64,000 bases of DNA from Vulcanimicrobiota bacterium (GTDB lineage: Bacteria; Vulcanimicrobiota; Vulcanimicrobiia; Eremiobacterales; Eremiobacteraceae): assembly GCA_963812135.1 (NCBI GenBank), contig CAWETU010000001.1:1504001-1568000 (forward strand), given 5' to 3'. The notes under the pieces were generated by a model. That model worked only from the letters and a program-made list of their open reading frames with translations, ran no database searches and was not told the origin of the DNA. Position numbers and translations under genes: made by a program. Below are positions 19,388 to 28,718 of this stretch, in pieces. Position 1 is the first letter of the stretch. Every line of letters starts with the position of its first letter.

Positions 19388-21634
19388 CTAGTTCTCCAGG
19401 ATTCCGCCGAACTCGCCGCCGGCGTTCCCATCATGGCCGCGGCGGACCGCGCCGACGATGGCGACGCTGACCGGGCCAGAGGGGTGTCGCCATGCGGGCC
19501 CGAGGTCGACCGTGTAGCGGTTCCACCGGCCGATCCGCCCCGGCAACTCGACGTATGTATCTTTGCCGCGCAGCTGACGCCGAGGCTGGCTGACTGATGC
19601 ATTGACGGAGTAGAAAGTCCGGCGTCCGAGCGCGTCCGTAAAGGCCACGGCGAACATTTGCAAGGACGCGATGCCGTCATCGCTTTGCGCCGGTTTCAGC
19701 CAGAACGTGAAACGCGAGCCGGCCGCGGCGAACGACTGGCTCACGCGAACCACGGACCAATCCGACCCGTTAGGAGCGGTCAACCGGAAGCGGAGGGCCC
19801 TGCCGAACGGCCCGTCATGAGCCATTCCAAGCCGGCCGTCGAGAAACGGTTGCGGCGCCGCGCTCCAGGCGAGCGGCGCGGGCACGGGCAGCATCTGGAA
19901 CTTGCTGACCGCGGAGAACAATCGGCCGTTGCGCAGCGGATGCGTCTCGCCGGGCGGAGGGAACATGGGGCGCGTGTAGATGGCGATCGCGTCGCGCGGC
20001 TCGAACGCGACGACCTGCAGGCCCGAGCCGGCCATGCGCGGCGCTTCGCTGGAAAGGTCGCCGGCGGAGAGCTCCACTGTGCTGCGCGCATGAGCTGGGA
20101 CGTCCACTCGCGCCGGGCGCCAGAACACGATCGCGTTGGACGGGCCGGCAAGCGCGCAATGAAAAGTTTGGACGTGCGATGTCGGGTTCGAGAGGTTCAG
20201 GACGACGCGATCGATGTAGCCCGTCTCTGGATCGAGCGCGATTTGCTTGACGTCGACGCCGGCGCGTTCGCCTGCCGTTGCGACCCCGATGAAGCCGATG
20301 ATCACGGCCGCGAGAGCTGCGCCGACGGCGGCCGCATGCTTCAGGAGCGGCACGCTCAAAGGCCGCGCGATCGTTTGGCGCTGTTCCGGCGCAGTCGCCG
20401 CATACACCGCCAGCACGAGCGGCCAATAGATGAAGTAGTTCTGCAGCGAGCGCGGGCTGAAGAAGAGCACGATGGCCGGCGCGATGAACGGCAGCCATGC
20501 GAGGCGCTGCGGCCACCTCGCATAGGCGGCAAGGCACACCACGAGCGCGCCGACCCAGAGGACCGTGTACGCGCGCAGCGGCAGCGCGACGAGCCCGCTG
20601 GTTTGGAGCGCGATGAGGCCGCTGCCGAGCGGCACGGCGTGTGACAACAGCGGGCTCAGCACGCCGGCGATCCATTGGCCGGGATGCCAGAGCATGAACG
20701 GAAGGTTTGGGGCGAGGAATGCGGCGGCAAGCCATGCGAGGTTCTTGAGCGTCGCGACGGGCGCACGGCCGGGCTCGCTCATCGCCCACCAGTGCACGAG
20801 CGCGAACGGCACGATGAACCACGGCTCCTGTTTGACGGCGCAGGCAAGGCCGAGCAAGACCGCTGACCAAGAGGGCGCGCGGTCCCACGTGGCGGCGACG
20901 CCGACCAGCAAAGGCAGCCAAAGGACATCGGTGACCGATCCGACCGCGAAGTCGCGGAACTCGGGGATCAAAAGGAAGAAGAGGCCGAAGAAGATGCGCA
21001 ATCGTTCCGGCACCAGCAGCAGGACGAGCAGCATGGCGGCGAGCGCGAATCCGATGTCGACCCAGATCATGCTCTGCACGTGCGCCAGCACGAACGGAAC
21101 GTAGATCAAAAAGCTGAGCGCCGGGTAGGGCTCGATCGCGACGCGGCCGCCCTCTACGGTCGGCGTGTAGATGGTCGGCGATTCGTTGTACGCCGTCGCC
21201 GAGGGCGCCATGCTCACGGCGTACGGGTCCTTGCCTTCGATGACGAGCTGTGCGGAGTACGCGTCAAAGGCGAGCGAGTCGCTCTGGTATTGCTCGAAGT
21301 GCGGACTGACGACCGCGGGGCTCACCAAGTGATTGATGCCCAGCGACATCACGAATGCGACGAAGCAGAGAGCGGGGAGCACGCGCGTCGCCCACCACCG
21401 CGCGCCGGCGAACGCGGCCACGGCTGAGACGAAACCCAGCCCGTACGCCGCAAGCCCAAGCCCGAGCAAGACTGCGTTGTCGGCGATGGGGCCGCCGGAC
21501 GCGACGTAACCGAGATGGAAAAGCACGCCGGCGAGGCAGATCCCGGGAATCACCTGCAAGACGAGGCGATCGCTCGCATGGAGCGTTGTGCCGTTTCCCC
21601 TGTCCGTCACTTTGCCCAGTCCATGTCCGCGCAA
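19388..21634 (-). CDS. Polytopic membrane protein, GT-C/GT87-like glycosyltransferase with a C-terminal extracellular domain
   Basis: SD..GKDPY, YPALSFL, LGLACAVKQ and PNLPF motifs with many TM helices. Confidence 0.65.
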   Translation of the reverse strand: MRGHGLGKVTDRGNGTTLHASDRLVLQVIPGICLAGVLFHLGYVASGGPIADNAVLLGLGLAAYGLGFVSAVAAFAGARWWATRVLPALCFVAFVMSLGINHLVSPAVVSPHFEQYQSDSLAFDAYSAQLVIEGKDPYAVSMAPSATAYNESPTIYTPTVEGGRVAIEPYPALSFLIYVPFVLAHVQSMIWVDIGFALAAMLLVLLLVPERLRIFFGLFFLLIPEFRDFAVGSVTDVLWLPLLVGVAATWDRAPSWSAVLLGLACAVKQEPWFIVPFALVHWWAMSEPGRAPVATLKNLAWLAAAFLAPNLPFMLWHPGQWIAGVLSPLLSHAVPLGSGLIALQTSGLVALPLRAYTVLWVGALVVCLAAYARWPQRLAWLPFIAPAIVLFFSPRSLQNYFIYWPLVLAVYAATAPEQRQTIARPLSVPLLKHAAAVGAALAAVIIGFIGVATAGERAGVDVKQIALDPETGYIDRVVLNLSNPTSHVQTFHCALAGPSNAIVFWRPARVDVPAHARSTVELSAGDLSSEAPRMAGSGLQVVAFEPRDAIAIYTRPMFPPPGETHPLRNGRLFSAVSKFQMLPVPAPLAWSAAPQPFLDGRLGMAHDGPFGRALRFRLTAPNGSDWSVVRVSQSFAAAGSRFTFWLKPAQSDDGIASLQMFAVAFTDALGRRTFYSVNASVSQPRRQLRGKDTYVELPGRIGRWNRYTVDLGPAWRHPSGPVSVAIVGAVRRGHDGNAGGEFGGILEN

Positions 21635-21683
21635 TATAGGAGAAGAAGCGCCGAAAATCCGCCAATGGGGCGCAACCGCCTCG

Positions 21684-22487
21684 TCAATGGACGGCTGGCC
21701 GGATAAAGAATTGCAGCGAGAACAGGATCAGGTTGATCGTGCCATGCGCCGCGATCGACGACCACAGGTTGCGCCGCCAATAGTAGACGTACGCGAGACC
21801 AATGCCGGTGATGGCGACCGAGATCAATCGATACGGCTGAAGGTGCCACGCCGCGAACAAGACCCCGCTGGCGATCGCGGCGAGCGGCGCCGGCATACGC
21901 TGCACGAGCCCGGTGAACAGCAGCCCTCGAAACAGGATCTCCTCAGACAACGGAGCCACTGCGGCGCCTTGCCCGATGTCGAGAATATACGCGAGGACGC
22001 CGCGGTGCGTGTTGACGGCGGATCCCCAGAAGTTCGCGTGCGGTCCGAAGGCCCACTGCTCGAAGAGGTTGATCGGCCAACTGAGCGCCAACAAAAACAT
22101 CCCCGCGCCGATGCCGAAGACGATGTCGTCGAATCCGGGTTTGCGAAGACCGATGTCGGCCCAGGTCTTGATGGGCAGGCAACCACGCAGCGCATACACG
22201 ACGAGCAACGCAGCAGCCGATCGCCCGGCGCTGATCAGCGCGAGCGTTCCAGGAGTCCAAAAACCGCTCCCGCCCCCGCGTGCCGCCCGCAGGTACGCGT
22301 ACAGTTCGGCGACCGACGGAAAACCGCCGTGGCGGAACACCGCGATCGCGATGACCATGAGATAGTCGGCGAGCCAAAACGCGGCGATGGCTGAGCAAAA
22401 GACCAGCGTCAGATCCCAGCCGGTCCACGCGCCTTTGGCGAACGCGGGTCCGGCGCCGTCAGAACGCCCGCTCGATTCGGTTGCCAC
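21684..22487 (-). CDS. CPBP/Abi family intramembrane metalloprotease (CAAX type II)
   Basis: APLSEEILFRG, FAAWH, HGTIN motifs. Confidence 0.9.
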   Translation of the reverse strand: MATESSGRSDGAGPAFAKGAWTGWDLTLVFCSAIAAFWLADYLMVIAIAVFRHGGFPSVAELYAYLRAARGGGSGFWTPGTLALISAGRSAAALLVVYALRGCLPIKTWADIGLRKPGFDDIVFGIGAGMFLLALSWPINLFEQWAFGPHANFWGSAVNTHRGVLAYILDIGQGAAVAPLSEEILFRGLLFTGLVQRMPAPLAAIASGVLFAAWHLQPYRLISVAITGIGLAYVYYWRRNLWSSIAAHGTINLILFSLQFFIRPAVH

Positions 22488-22677
22488 GCTGCCCGGTTAG
22501 GACACGCCACAGCCCCCGCCTGCGTTTGGCAAGGAGCGGGCAGAAGACGTCATTGGAACCGCCAAAAACGCTTGCGTTTGCGGGCTTCTTTCGGGTATCA
22601 TGAAACTATGATTCTGGGATACTGATTGAGAAGGGCCCGCGTCGAAATGCCCACCCCACACCGATCGGAGTGAGCCT

Positions 22678-23625
22678 GTGCCTCGAGCCAAATCGGTCTT
22701 CCCCGCAGACCCGCTGATCGTCGAATGGGCCGGCTCGCTGCGCGGCCGCGGCCGCAGCGCGCTCTCGGTGAGCGCGTACGCGGGCGATGCGGAGCTGTTC
22801 GGCGCGTTCCTGGCCAAAGCGCCGCGCAAAGAGTCGGCGCACGGCAAGGCCTGGCCGCAGCTGGCCAGCGCGACGAAGTCCGATTTGATCCGGTTCATCC
22901 AGGAGCTGCTGAGCAATCGCGGCTACGCCGCGTCGGCGGTGCGGCGGAAGATCGCGGCGCTGCGCTCCTTCTACCGCTTTCTCAAACGCGAGAACAAGCG
23001 GCCGGACGACCCCGCGGCGGAGCTCGAGTCGCCCACCCGCGACAAGCTGCTGCCAAAGGTGCTCAAAGAGCGCGAGGTCAGCCAGCTGCTGCGCACGGTG
23101 TCCGGCTGGAAGACCGAATGGCTCAAGGTGCGCGACCGGGGCATCATGGAGCTGCTCTATGCCAGCGGCATGCGCCGCGCGGAGATCGCCTCGCTCGACA
23201 TCCCCGACGTCGACCTGAAGACCCGCACCATCCGCGTCATGGGCAAGGGCCGCAAGCAGCGCCTGGTCATCATCAATCGCACGACGGCCAGCGCGATCCG
23301 CGATTACCTCAACGTGCGGCCGCGCTCGAGCGACGACGCGCTCTTTTTGGGCCACACGGGCCATCGCTTGAGCACGCGCCACATCTGGGAGATCTTCCGG
23401 CGCATCCGCAGCATGAGCGGACTGAGCGCCAGCGCGAGCCCGCACACGCTGCGCCACTCGTTCGCGACGCATCTGCTCGAGCACGGTGTCGACCTCATCA
23501 CCATCCAAGAGCTGCTCGGCCACGCCAGCGTCGCCACGACGCAGATCTACACCAACGTGTCGTTCGAGCACAAGAAACGCGAATACGACAAGGCGCACCC
23601 GCGCGACCGGGACGTCGAGCGATAG
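22678..23625 (+). CDS. Tyrosine recombinase, XerC/XerD type
   Basis: RDRGIMELLYASGMR, GKGRKQR, PHTLRHSFATHLL, QELLGHAS, TTQIYT, AHPR. Confidence 0.92.
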   Translation: MPRAKSVFPADPLIVEWAGSLRGRGRSALSVSAYAGDAELFGAFLAKAPRKESAHGKAWPQLASATKSDLIRFIQELLSNRGYAASAVRRKIAALRSFYRFLKRENKRPDDPAAELESPTRDKLLPKVLKEREVSQLLRTVSGWKTEWLKVRDRGIMELLYASGMRRAEIASLDIPDVDLKTRTIRVMGKGRKQRLVIINRTTASAIRDYLNVRPRSSDDALFLGHTGHRLSTRHIWEIFRRIRSMSGLSASASPHTLRHSFATHLLEHGVDLITIQELLGHASVATTQIYTNVSFEHKKREYDKAHPRDRDVER

Positions 23626-23648
23626 CCTCCGAAGGGTAAACCATACGC

Positions 23649-24119
23649 ATGCGAATGCCATCTCTCGTGCTGACGATTCTCGCGCTGTTGTGCTTCGCGC
23701 TGCCGTTTTTCGTCGTCTCCTGCCAAGGCCAACAGGTCGACACAATCACGGGACTCAACCTCGTGACCGGCCGCGATCTGCCAGGTGCGCTAGCCGGTGC
23801 GCCGCCGCACCACCTGCCGCCGAACTGGTGGACCATCGCGGCGTTCGCGTTCGGCATCATCGGGGCGATTATATTGGGCTTGCGTTTCGCCGATTCGGAG
23901 CGCGCGGCGGCATTGGCTTCCGTGATCGTCTGCGCGGCCGCGATTTGTCTGCTGCTGATCCGTTTCGCGGCGCGCGATGCGCTCGGGCACCAGTTCATCG
24001 TCGACATCAAGGTGGGGTACGGCTACTACTTGGCAACGATCTTCATGATCGCTGCCGCAGTGGTGAGCGCCATGAACGCTGTCGGTCCACGCCCCCGCGC
24101 GCCGACGCGCTCCGGATAG
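23649..24119 (+). CDS. Hypothetical membrane protein (about 4 TM helices)
   Basis: Hydrophobic helices, LPFFVVSC..TGLNL; followed by a terminator hairpin. Confidence 0.7.
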   Translation: MRMPSLVLTILALLCFALPFFVVSCQGQQVDTITGLNLVTGRDLPGALAGAPPHHLPPNWWTIAAFAFGIIGAIILGLRFADSERAAALASVIVCAAAICLLLIRFAARDALGHQFIVDIKVGYGYYLATIFMIAAAVVSAMNAVGPRPRAPTRSG

Positions 24120-24138
24120 GACGCAAGGGAACATTCGC

Positions 24139-24173
24139 GAGCCAGGCCTTTGCGGGGCCTGGCTTCTTCTTCT
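24139..24173 (+). terminator. Probable intrinsic terminator
   Basis: Stem AGCCAGGCC/GGCCTGGCT followed by TCTTCTTCT. Confidence 0.6.
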
Positions 24174-24247
24174 GCCGGCGCTCGAACGTGTGACCTGAGT
24201 CGTTTCGCGGGACAAGGAAGCCTGTCTGGCGCACCGAAACATTGGGC

Positions 24248-24349
24248 ATGGCAGTGTGGGAGAGGCCGGATTTCGAGCTCGTCGCGCTCGGCGCCGAGGT
24301 CACCGCGTACCTTGGGACCGCGACTGAGGACGGCTCAACGGCCGTTTAG
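24248..24349 (+). CDS. pqqA: PQQ precursor peptide PqqA (33 aa, not in the ORF track)
   Basis: Hand translation MAVWERPDFELVALGAEVTAYLGTATEDGSTAV* has WxxPxF and ExxxY; lies directly upstream of pqqB. Confidence 0.93.
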   Translation: MAVWERPDFELVALGAEVTAYLGTATEDGSTAV

Positions 24350-24412
24350 TCTTTCCAGAGCGAAAGGCGTGGCCCGCAGCGGCGATAAGCCGCTCAGTGC
24401 CAGCGACGACAA

Positions 24413-25342
24413 ATGCATATTCGGGTGCTAGGCTCGGCGGCCGGCGGCGGCGTGCCTCAATGGAACTGCGCCTGCAGTAATTGCCGCGCCGCGCGGGCCA
24501 AACCGCAGTTGCGGCGCATGCAGGCGTCGATCGCGGTCTCTGCCGACGGCGAGCGCTGGCTCATCGCCAACGCCACCCCTGACATCCGACACCAGATCTC
24601 CATCTTCGAAAAGCTTTCGCCGCAGACGCCGCGCCGATCGCCGATCGCCGCGGTGGTCCTCACCGACGCGAACATCGACCATGCCTATGGCCTGCTCGAG
24701 CTGCGCCAAGCCGAGAAGCTCTCGATCTACTCGACCGAGACGATCCGCGACGTCTTGCTCGGTGGTTGCAACGCGTTCCGGCCGTTCGCCAAACCGCCGA
24801 ACGCCTGGCACATCATCGGCGACTCTCCCGTGCACGTCAACGACGGCGCGGGGCTGCCGGTGGGGCTGCGCATCCGCGCGATCGATGTCGGCGGACTGAC
24901 GCCGCAATACGACGGCGGACGCGAAGCGACCGGCGCCGCGGCGGGCATTCTCATCAACGATGGCGCGCACCGATTGCTCTACGCGCCGTGCGCCGGCACG
25001 ATGACCGATCCGCTGCGGCGCGAACTGGCGCTGGCAGACGCCGCGTTTCTCGACGGCACGTTTTGGACCGAGCACGAGCTCACGCTGCAGGCGCTCGGCA
25101 CGCGTACGGCGCGCCAGATGGGGCATCTGCCGATCTCCGGCGACGGCGGCACGCTCCCGCTGGTCACCGGACTCGGGGGCCGGCATCGCTACTACACGCA
25201 CATCAACAACACCAACCCGGTGCTCGATCCGGCGTCCGACGCGGCCAAAGCGCTGCGCGATGCCGGCTGGGCGATCGCCGAAGACGGGTTTGCGTTCACG
25301 CTTTCGAAAGAGGCCGGCGATGCGGCCGGTGTCAGACGGTAA
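24413..25342 (+). CDS. pqqB: PQQ biosynthesis protein PqqB
   Basis: VLGSAAGGGVPQWNCACSNC, DGTFW, MGHLP, HINNTNP. Confidence 0.95.
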   Translation: MHIRVLGSAAGGGVPQWNCACSNCRAARAKPQLRRMQASIAVSADGERWLIANATPDIRHQISIFEKLSPQTPRRSPIAAVVLTDANIDHAYGLLELRQAEKLSIYSTETIRDVLLGGCNAFRPFAKPPNAWHIIGDSPVHVNDGAGLPVGLRIRAIDVGGLTPQYDGGREATGAAAGILINDGAHRLLYAPCAGTMTDPLRRELALADAAFLDGTFWTEHELTLQALGTRTARQMGHLPISGDGGTLPLVTGLGGRHRYYTHINNTNPVLDPASDAAKALRDAGWAIAEDGFAFTLSKEAGDAAGVRR

Positions 25343-26026
25343 CTTTCTCGAACGATTGCGCGCGATCGGCGCGCAACGCTATCACGACAAGCATCCGTTC
25401 CACATCGCGATGCACGAAGGCCGTTTAACACCGGACCAGATGCGCGGCTGGGTCGCCAATCGCTACTATTATCAGAAGAACATCCCAGTCAAAGATGCGG
25501 CGATCTTGTCGAACCTGCCGGACCGCGAGAAACGGCGCGTCTGGATCCAGCGCATCCACAATCAGGACGGCACGCTGCGCGACGGCGGCGGCGGAATCGA
25601 GCTGTGGCTCGCGCTCGGGGTGGCGACGGGCATGCCCAAGAGCGAGCTTCTCGCGGAGACGCACGTGGTGGCGGGGACGCGGTTCGCAGTCGACGCGTAC
25701 GTCACGTTCGCGCGCACGCAACCGTGGCTGCCCGCGGTCGCATCGTCATTGACGGAGTTGTTCGCCCCCGAGCTGATGTCCAAGCGCATCGACGCGCTGC
25801 TGGAGAAGTATCGCGTGGATCGATCCGAACGGCCTCGAATACTTCCGCCGGCGCGTGACGCTCGCGGTGCAAGACGCCGACCACGCGTTGGATTGGGTAG
25901 TCCAGGGCGCACGCGATGAGGCGACGCAGGATGCGTGTCTTGCGGCGCTGCGCTTCAAGTGCGATGTCTTGTGGGCCATTCTCGACGCGACGCAAGCCGC
26001 GTACGGCATCGGCGAGCGACCGATGA
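25320..26026 (+). CDS. pqqC: Pyrroloquinoline-quinone synthase PqqC; apparent +1 frameshift near 25811; 3' end reads in frame into pqqD
   Basis: YHDKHPFH, NRYYYQ..IPVKDA, SSLTELFAP; after the shift WIDPNGLEYF..FKCDVLWAILD. Confidence 0.9.
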
Positions 26027-26313
26027 GCGGCGGCGAAGGGGCGCCGAAGCTGGCGCGCGGCGTGCGGCTGCGCGCGCTCGACGACGGCAAGTCGGTGCTC
26101 TTGATCCCCGAGGGCGTGGTCAAGTTGAATGCGACCGCGGCCGCGGCGCTCGGGCTGGTCGACGGCACGCGCACGGTGGGTCAGATCGTCAGCGAACTGC
26201 GGGGGCGATTCGCCGCGCCTGTTGATTCGATCGACGCCGACGTCGCCGACCTTTTCGGCAGGCTCCAGCAGCGCGGCTGGGTCTTCTTCTCCCCGTCCGA
26301 GCCGGCCGGATGA
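26023..26313 (+). CDS. pqqD: PqqD peptide chaperone (RRE domain)
   Basis: PKLARGVRL..VLLIPEGVVKLN..LVDGTRTV..DVADLF. Confidence 0.9.
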   Translation: MSGGEGAPKLARGVRLRALDDGKSVLLIPEGVVKLNATAAAALGLVDGTRTVGQIVSELRGRFAAPVDSIDADVADLFGRLQQRGWVFFSPSEPAG

Positions 26314-27392
26314 GCGCGCCGCAGCCGCTTTCGCTGTTGGCCGAACTCACGTATCGCTGCAATCTCCAATGCCCATACTGCTACAACCCGCTCGATCTGC
26401 ACGCGTACCGCGACGAGCTTGACGAGGCGGCCTGGCTGCGCGTCATTGACCAAGCCGCGGCGCTCGGGGTGCTGCAGGTCCATTTTTCGGGCGGCGAGCC
26501 AACGCTGCGGCCCGACCTGCTCGTGGCGCTCGTCCGGCGCGCGCGCGAACGACAGCTCTACTCGAACCTTATCACGCAGGGCACGTTTCTCGACGACGCG
26601 TTGCTCGACCGGCTGCTGGCAGCCGGTCTCGATCACGTCCAGATCAGTTTGCAAGGCGTCGACGCGCCCGCAGCAGAGCGCATCGCGGGCACCGACGTGC
26701 ACGATCGAAAGATCGCGGCGCTCGAGCGCGTCCTGGCGCGCGATGTCGCGGTCACGCTGAACTATCCGCTGCATCGCCAGAACATCGAAACCGTCGCCGA
26801 TGCGATCGCGCTGGCTGAACGTCTCGGCGTGCGCAGGCTCGAGCTCGCAAACGTGCAGCTCTACGGTTGGGCGTTTCTCAATCGCGCGGGTTTGCTACCG
26901 TCGCGCGAACAGGCTGCGGCTGCCGACGCGATTGTCCGCAGCGCGCAGCAGCGACTCGCCGGGAGCATGGAAATCACGTACGTCTTAGCCGACTACTACG
27001 AGCAATACCCCAAGCCGTGCATGCATGGTTGGGGGCAGCGCTTCATGACGGTGGTGCCCGACGGCCGCGTGTTGCCGTGCCCTGCCGCTGCGGCGATCAC
27101 CACCCTCACGTTTGACAGCGTTCGCGATACGTCGTTGGAAGATATCTGGCAGCGATCGAGCGCATTCGAGGCCTATCGCGGAACTTTATGGATGCCGCAA
27201 CCGTGCCGCTCGTGCCCGCGCAAAGAGATCGATTTCGGCGGATGCCGCTGCCAAGCGTTTCTGCTCACTGGCGATGCGGGCGCAACCGATCCGGTCTGCA
27301 TCTTATCACCGCAACATCAGTTGGTTGAAGCATCCGCAGCGGCACGTTCAGCGGAGGCGTTGACCCCGCGCCGCATCAACGTCGGCACTTAG
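26310..27392 (+). CDS. pqqE: PqqA peptide cyclase, radical SAM/SPASM
   Basis: ELTYRCNLQCPYCYNP, SGGEP, ELANVQLYGWA, PKPCM, DFGGCRCQA. Confidence 0.96.
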   Translation: MSAPQPLSLLAELTYRCNLQCPYCYNPLDLHAYRDELDEAAWLRVIDQAAALGVLQVHFSGGEPTLRPDLLVALVRRARERQLYSNLITQGTFLDDALLDRLLAAGLDHVQISLQGVDAPAAERIAGTDVHDRKIAALERVLARDVAVTLNYPLHRQNIETVADAIALAERLGVRRLELANVQLYGWAFLNRAGLLPSREQAAAADAIVRSAQQRLAGSMEITYVLADYYEQYPKPCMHGWGQRFMTVVPDGRVLPCPAAAAITTLTFDSVRDTSLEDIWQRSSAFEAYRGTLWMPQPCRSCPRKEIDFGGCRCQAFLLTGDAGATDPVCILSPQHQLVEASAAARSAEALTPRRINVGT

Positions 27393-27421
27393 AAAAAGGA
27401 CCGCGATCCATCACGTGCGCG

Positions 27422-27853
27422 CTAATGTGGCAGGCACGAATCGTGATCCTCGTCTGACATCATCGAGAGATCGGCGTTAGGGCTCTCGCGCTTGAAGTGG
27501 TAGACGCGTGTGGGTCCACCTAGCTGCACGTCCACGGCCCGTATGCCGCCATGTTCGAGCGAAAGCACCCAGGACGTATCGACGTTAAACGTTTTGGCCC
27601 CGTATTCGCTACCCTGGACAATCGCCATACCGCCATCGTTTGGCTTCGCGACCCAACAGCTCACCCACCAACCGTGGGTCGCAACATACAATCTCTTGCC
27701 GCGGAGCACTATATTCATCGACTCTGGTTTGCCGCGTGCCAATCCGCTAAATGATCCCACGTAGGCGCTTGGCGGATGTCCAGCTGCGTCGGTAGCTGAG
27801 GTGGCTGCGCTCGCCAAGGAGCGGGCAGCAAGGCATAGCGCGAGCATGACCAA
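27422..27853 (-). CDS. Hypothetical secreted protein (lower GC)
   Basis: 143-aa ORF with a signal-peptide-like N-terminus; no recognised domain. Confidence 0.45.
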   Translation of the reverse strand: MVMLALCLAARSLASAATSATDAAGHPPSAYVGSFSGLARGKPESMNIVLRGKRLYVATHGWWVSCWVAKPNDGGMAIVQGSEYGAKTFNVDTSWVLSLEHGGIRAVDVQLGGPTRVYHFKRESPNADLSMMSDEDHDSCLPH

Positions 27854-27869
27854 GTCAGTTACCGCATAC

Positions 27870-28079
27870 TCAGCGGCGGTCGAACTTGCCCCAGTCGAAG
27901 CGCGTCACGTCGCCCGAAACGTGGACGACGCTGCCATCCGGCTGGACCAGTACTCGGACGGGCTCGACGCCTTTGAGCTCGACGAGAATCGCGCCGGTGC
28001 GCGTGGTGGCGCCGACGACGAAACCGTATTTCTTGAACTGCTTGATGATCTCGCGCTGTTTGTCGGGTTTGTCAGGCAT
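27870..28079 (-). CDS. Small hypothetical protein
   Basis: 69-aa ORF with protein-like composition, 18 bp downstream of the LuxR gene. Confidence 0.6.
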   Translation of the reverse strand: MPDKPDKQREIIKQFKKYGFVVGATTRTGAILVELKGVEPVRVLVQPDGSVVHVSGDVTRFDWGKFDRR

Positions 28080-28097
28080 GCATGGCGAGCATTGCCC

Positions 28098-28718
28098 TTA
28101 GAGCATCACAAGCCCTTGACGCGCGCCCAGCGTCACCGCTTCGGTGCGGCTGCCGGCGTGCAGTTTTGCGAAGATCGAGCCGACGTGGAACTTGACGGTG
28201 TGTTCGGAGATGCCCAAGCGCGAGGCGATGGCTTTGTTCGCCAATCCCTCGGCCATCATGCGCAGCACTTCGATCTCGCGAGCGGTGAGCGTGTGTTGCG
28301 CCCCGCGCCGCAGCGTCGCTGACCCGGCGGGCACGAGCGGCTCCGTCGCATCGGGGCTGAGCACGATGAAGCCGGCCGCGACTGCCGCGATTGCGGCCGC
28401 GAGATCCTGACCGTCGCGCGGCACGACGGCGCGCACACCGGCGCGCAACGCCGCGTTGGTCCATTGCGCATCCGGGCGGCCCACCAGCAACATCAGCGGT
28501 GGCCAGCTTCGCAGGTCGACGCCGGGCAACACGTCAGCGATCGGCTCATCGCCGTCGACTTCGAGAACCACGACATCGGGCGCGAGTGCGTCCACGCGAG
28601 CGTTCATGTCATCGCGCGGCAGCTCGTCATCGATCAGCGTCGCAACGCCGTCGGCGCGCAAGGCGTCGTCAATCTCTGCGCGCGTGAGCGGGGAACTTCG
28701 CAGCAAGACTCTCGTCAC
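28098..28718 (-). CDS. NarL/LuxR-type regulator with a degenerate receiver domain
   Basis: LTAREIEVL..GLANKAIA..ISEHTVKFHV..SRTEAV HTH; PDVVVLE in the receiver. Confidence 0.88.
   Translation of the reverse strand: MTRVLLRSSPLTRAEIDDALRADGVATLIDDELPRDDMNARVDALAPDVVVLEVDGDEPIADVLPGVDLRSWPPLMLLVGRPDAQWTNAALRAGVRAVVPRDGQDLAAAIAAVAAGFIVLSPDATEPLVPAGSATLRRGAQHTLTAREIEVLRMMAEGLANKAIASRLGISEHTVKFHVGSIFAKLHAGSRTEAVTLGARQGLVML

Noticed and set aside
22590..23625. Recombinase as an integron or phage integrase with a dif/att site (ATCAT-6-ATGAT at about 22597-22612)
   Set aside because: The protein has housekeeping XerC/D motifs and no integron-specific insertion; the short inverted repeat overlaps a plausible TTGCGT-18-TATCAT promoter and does not match dif arms
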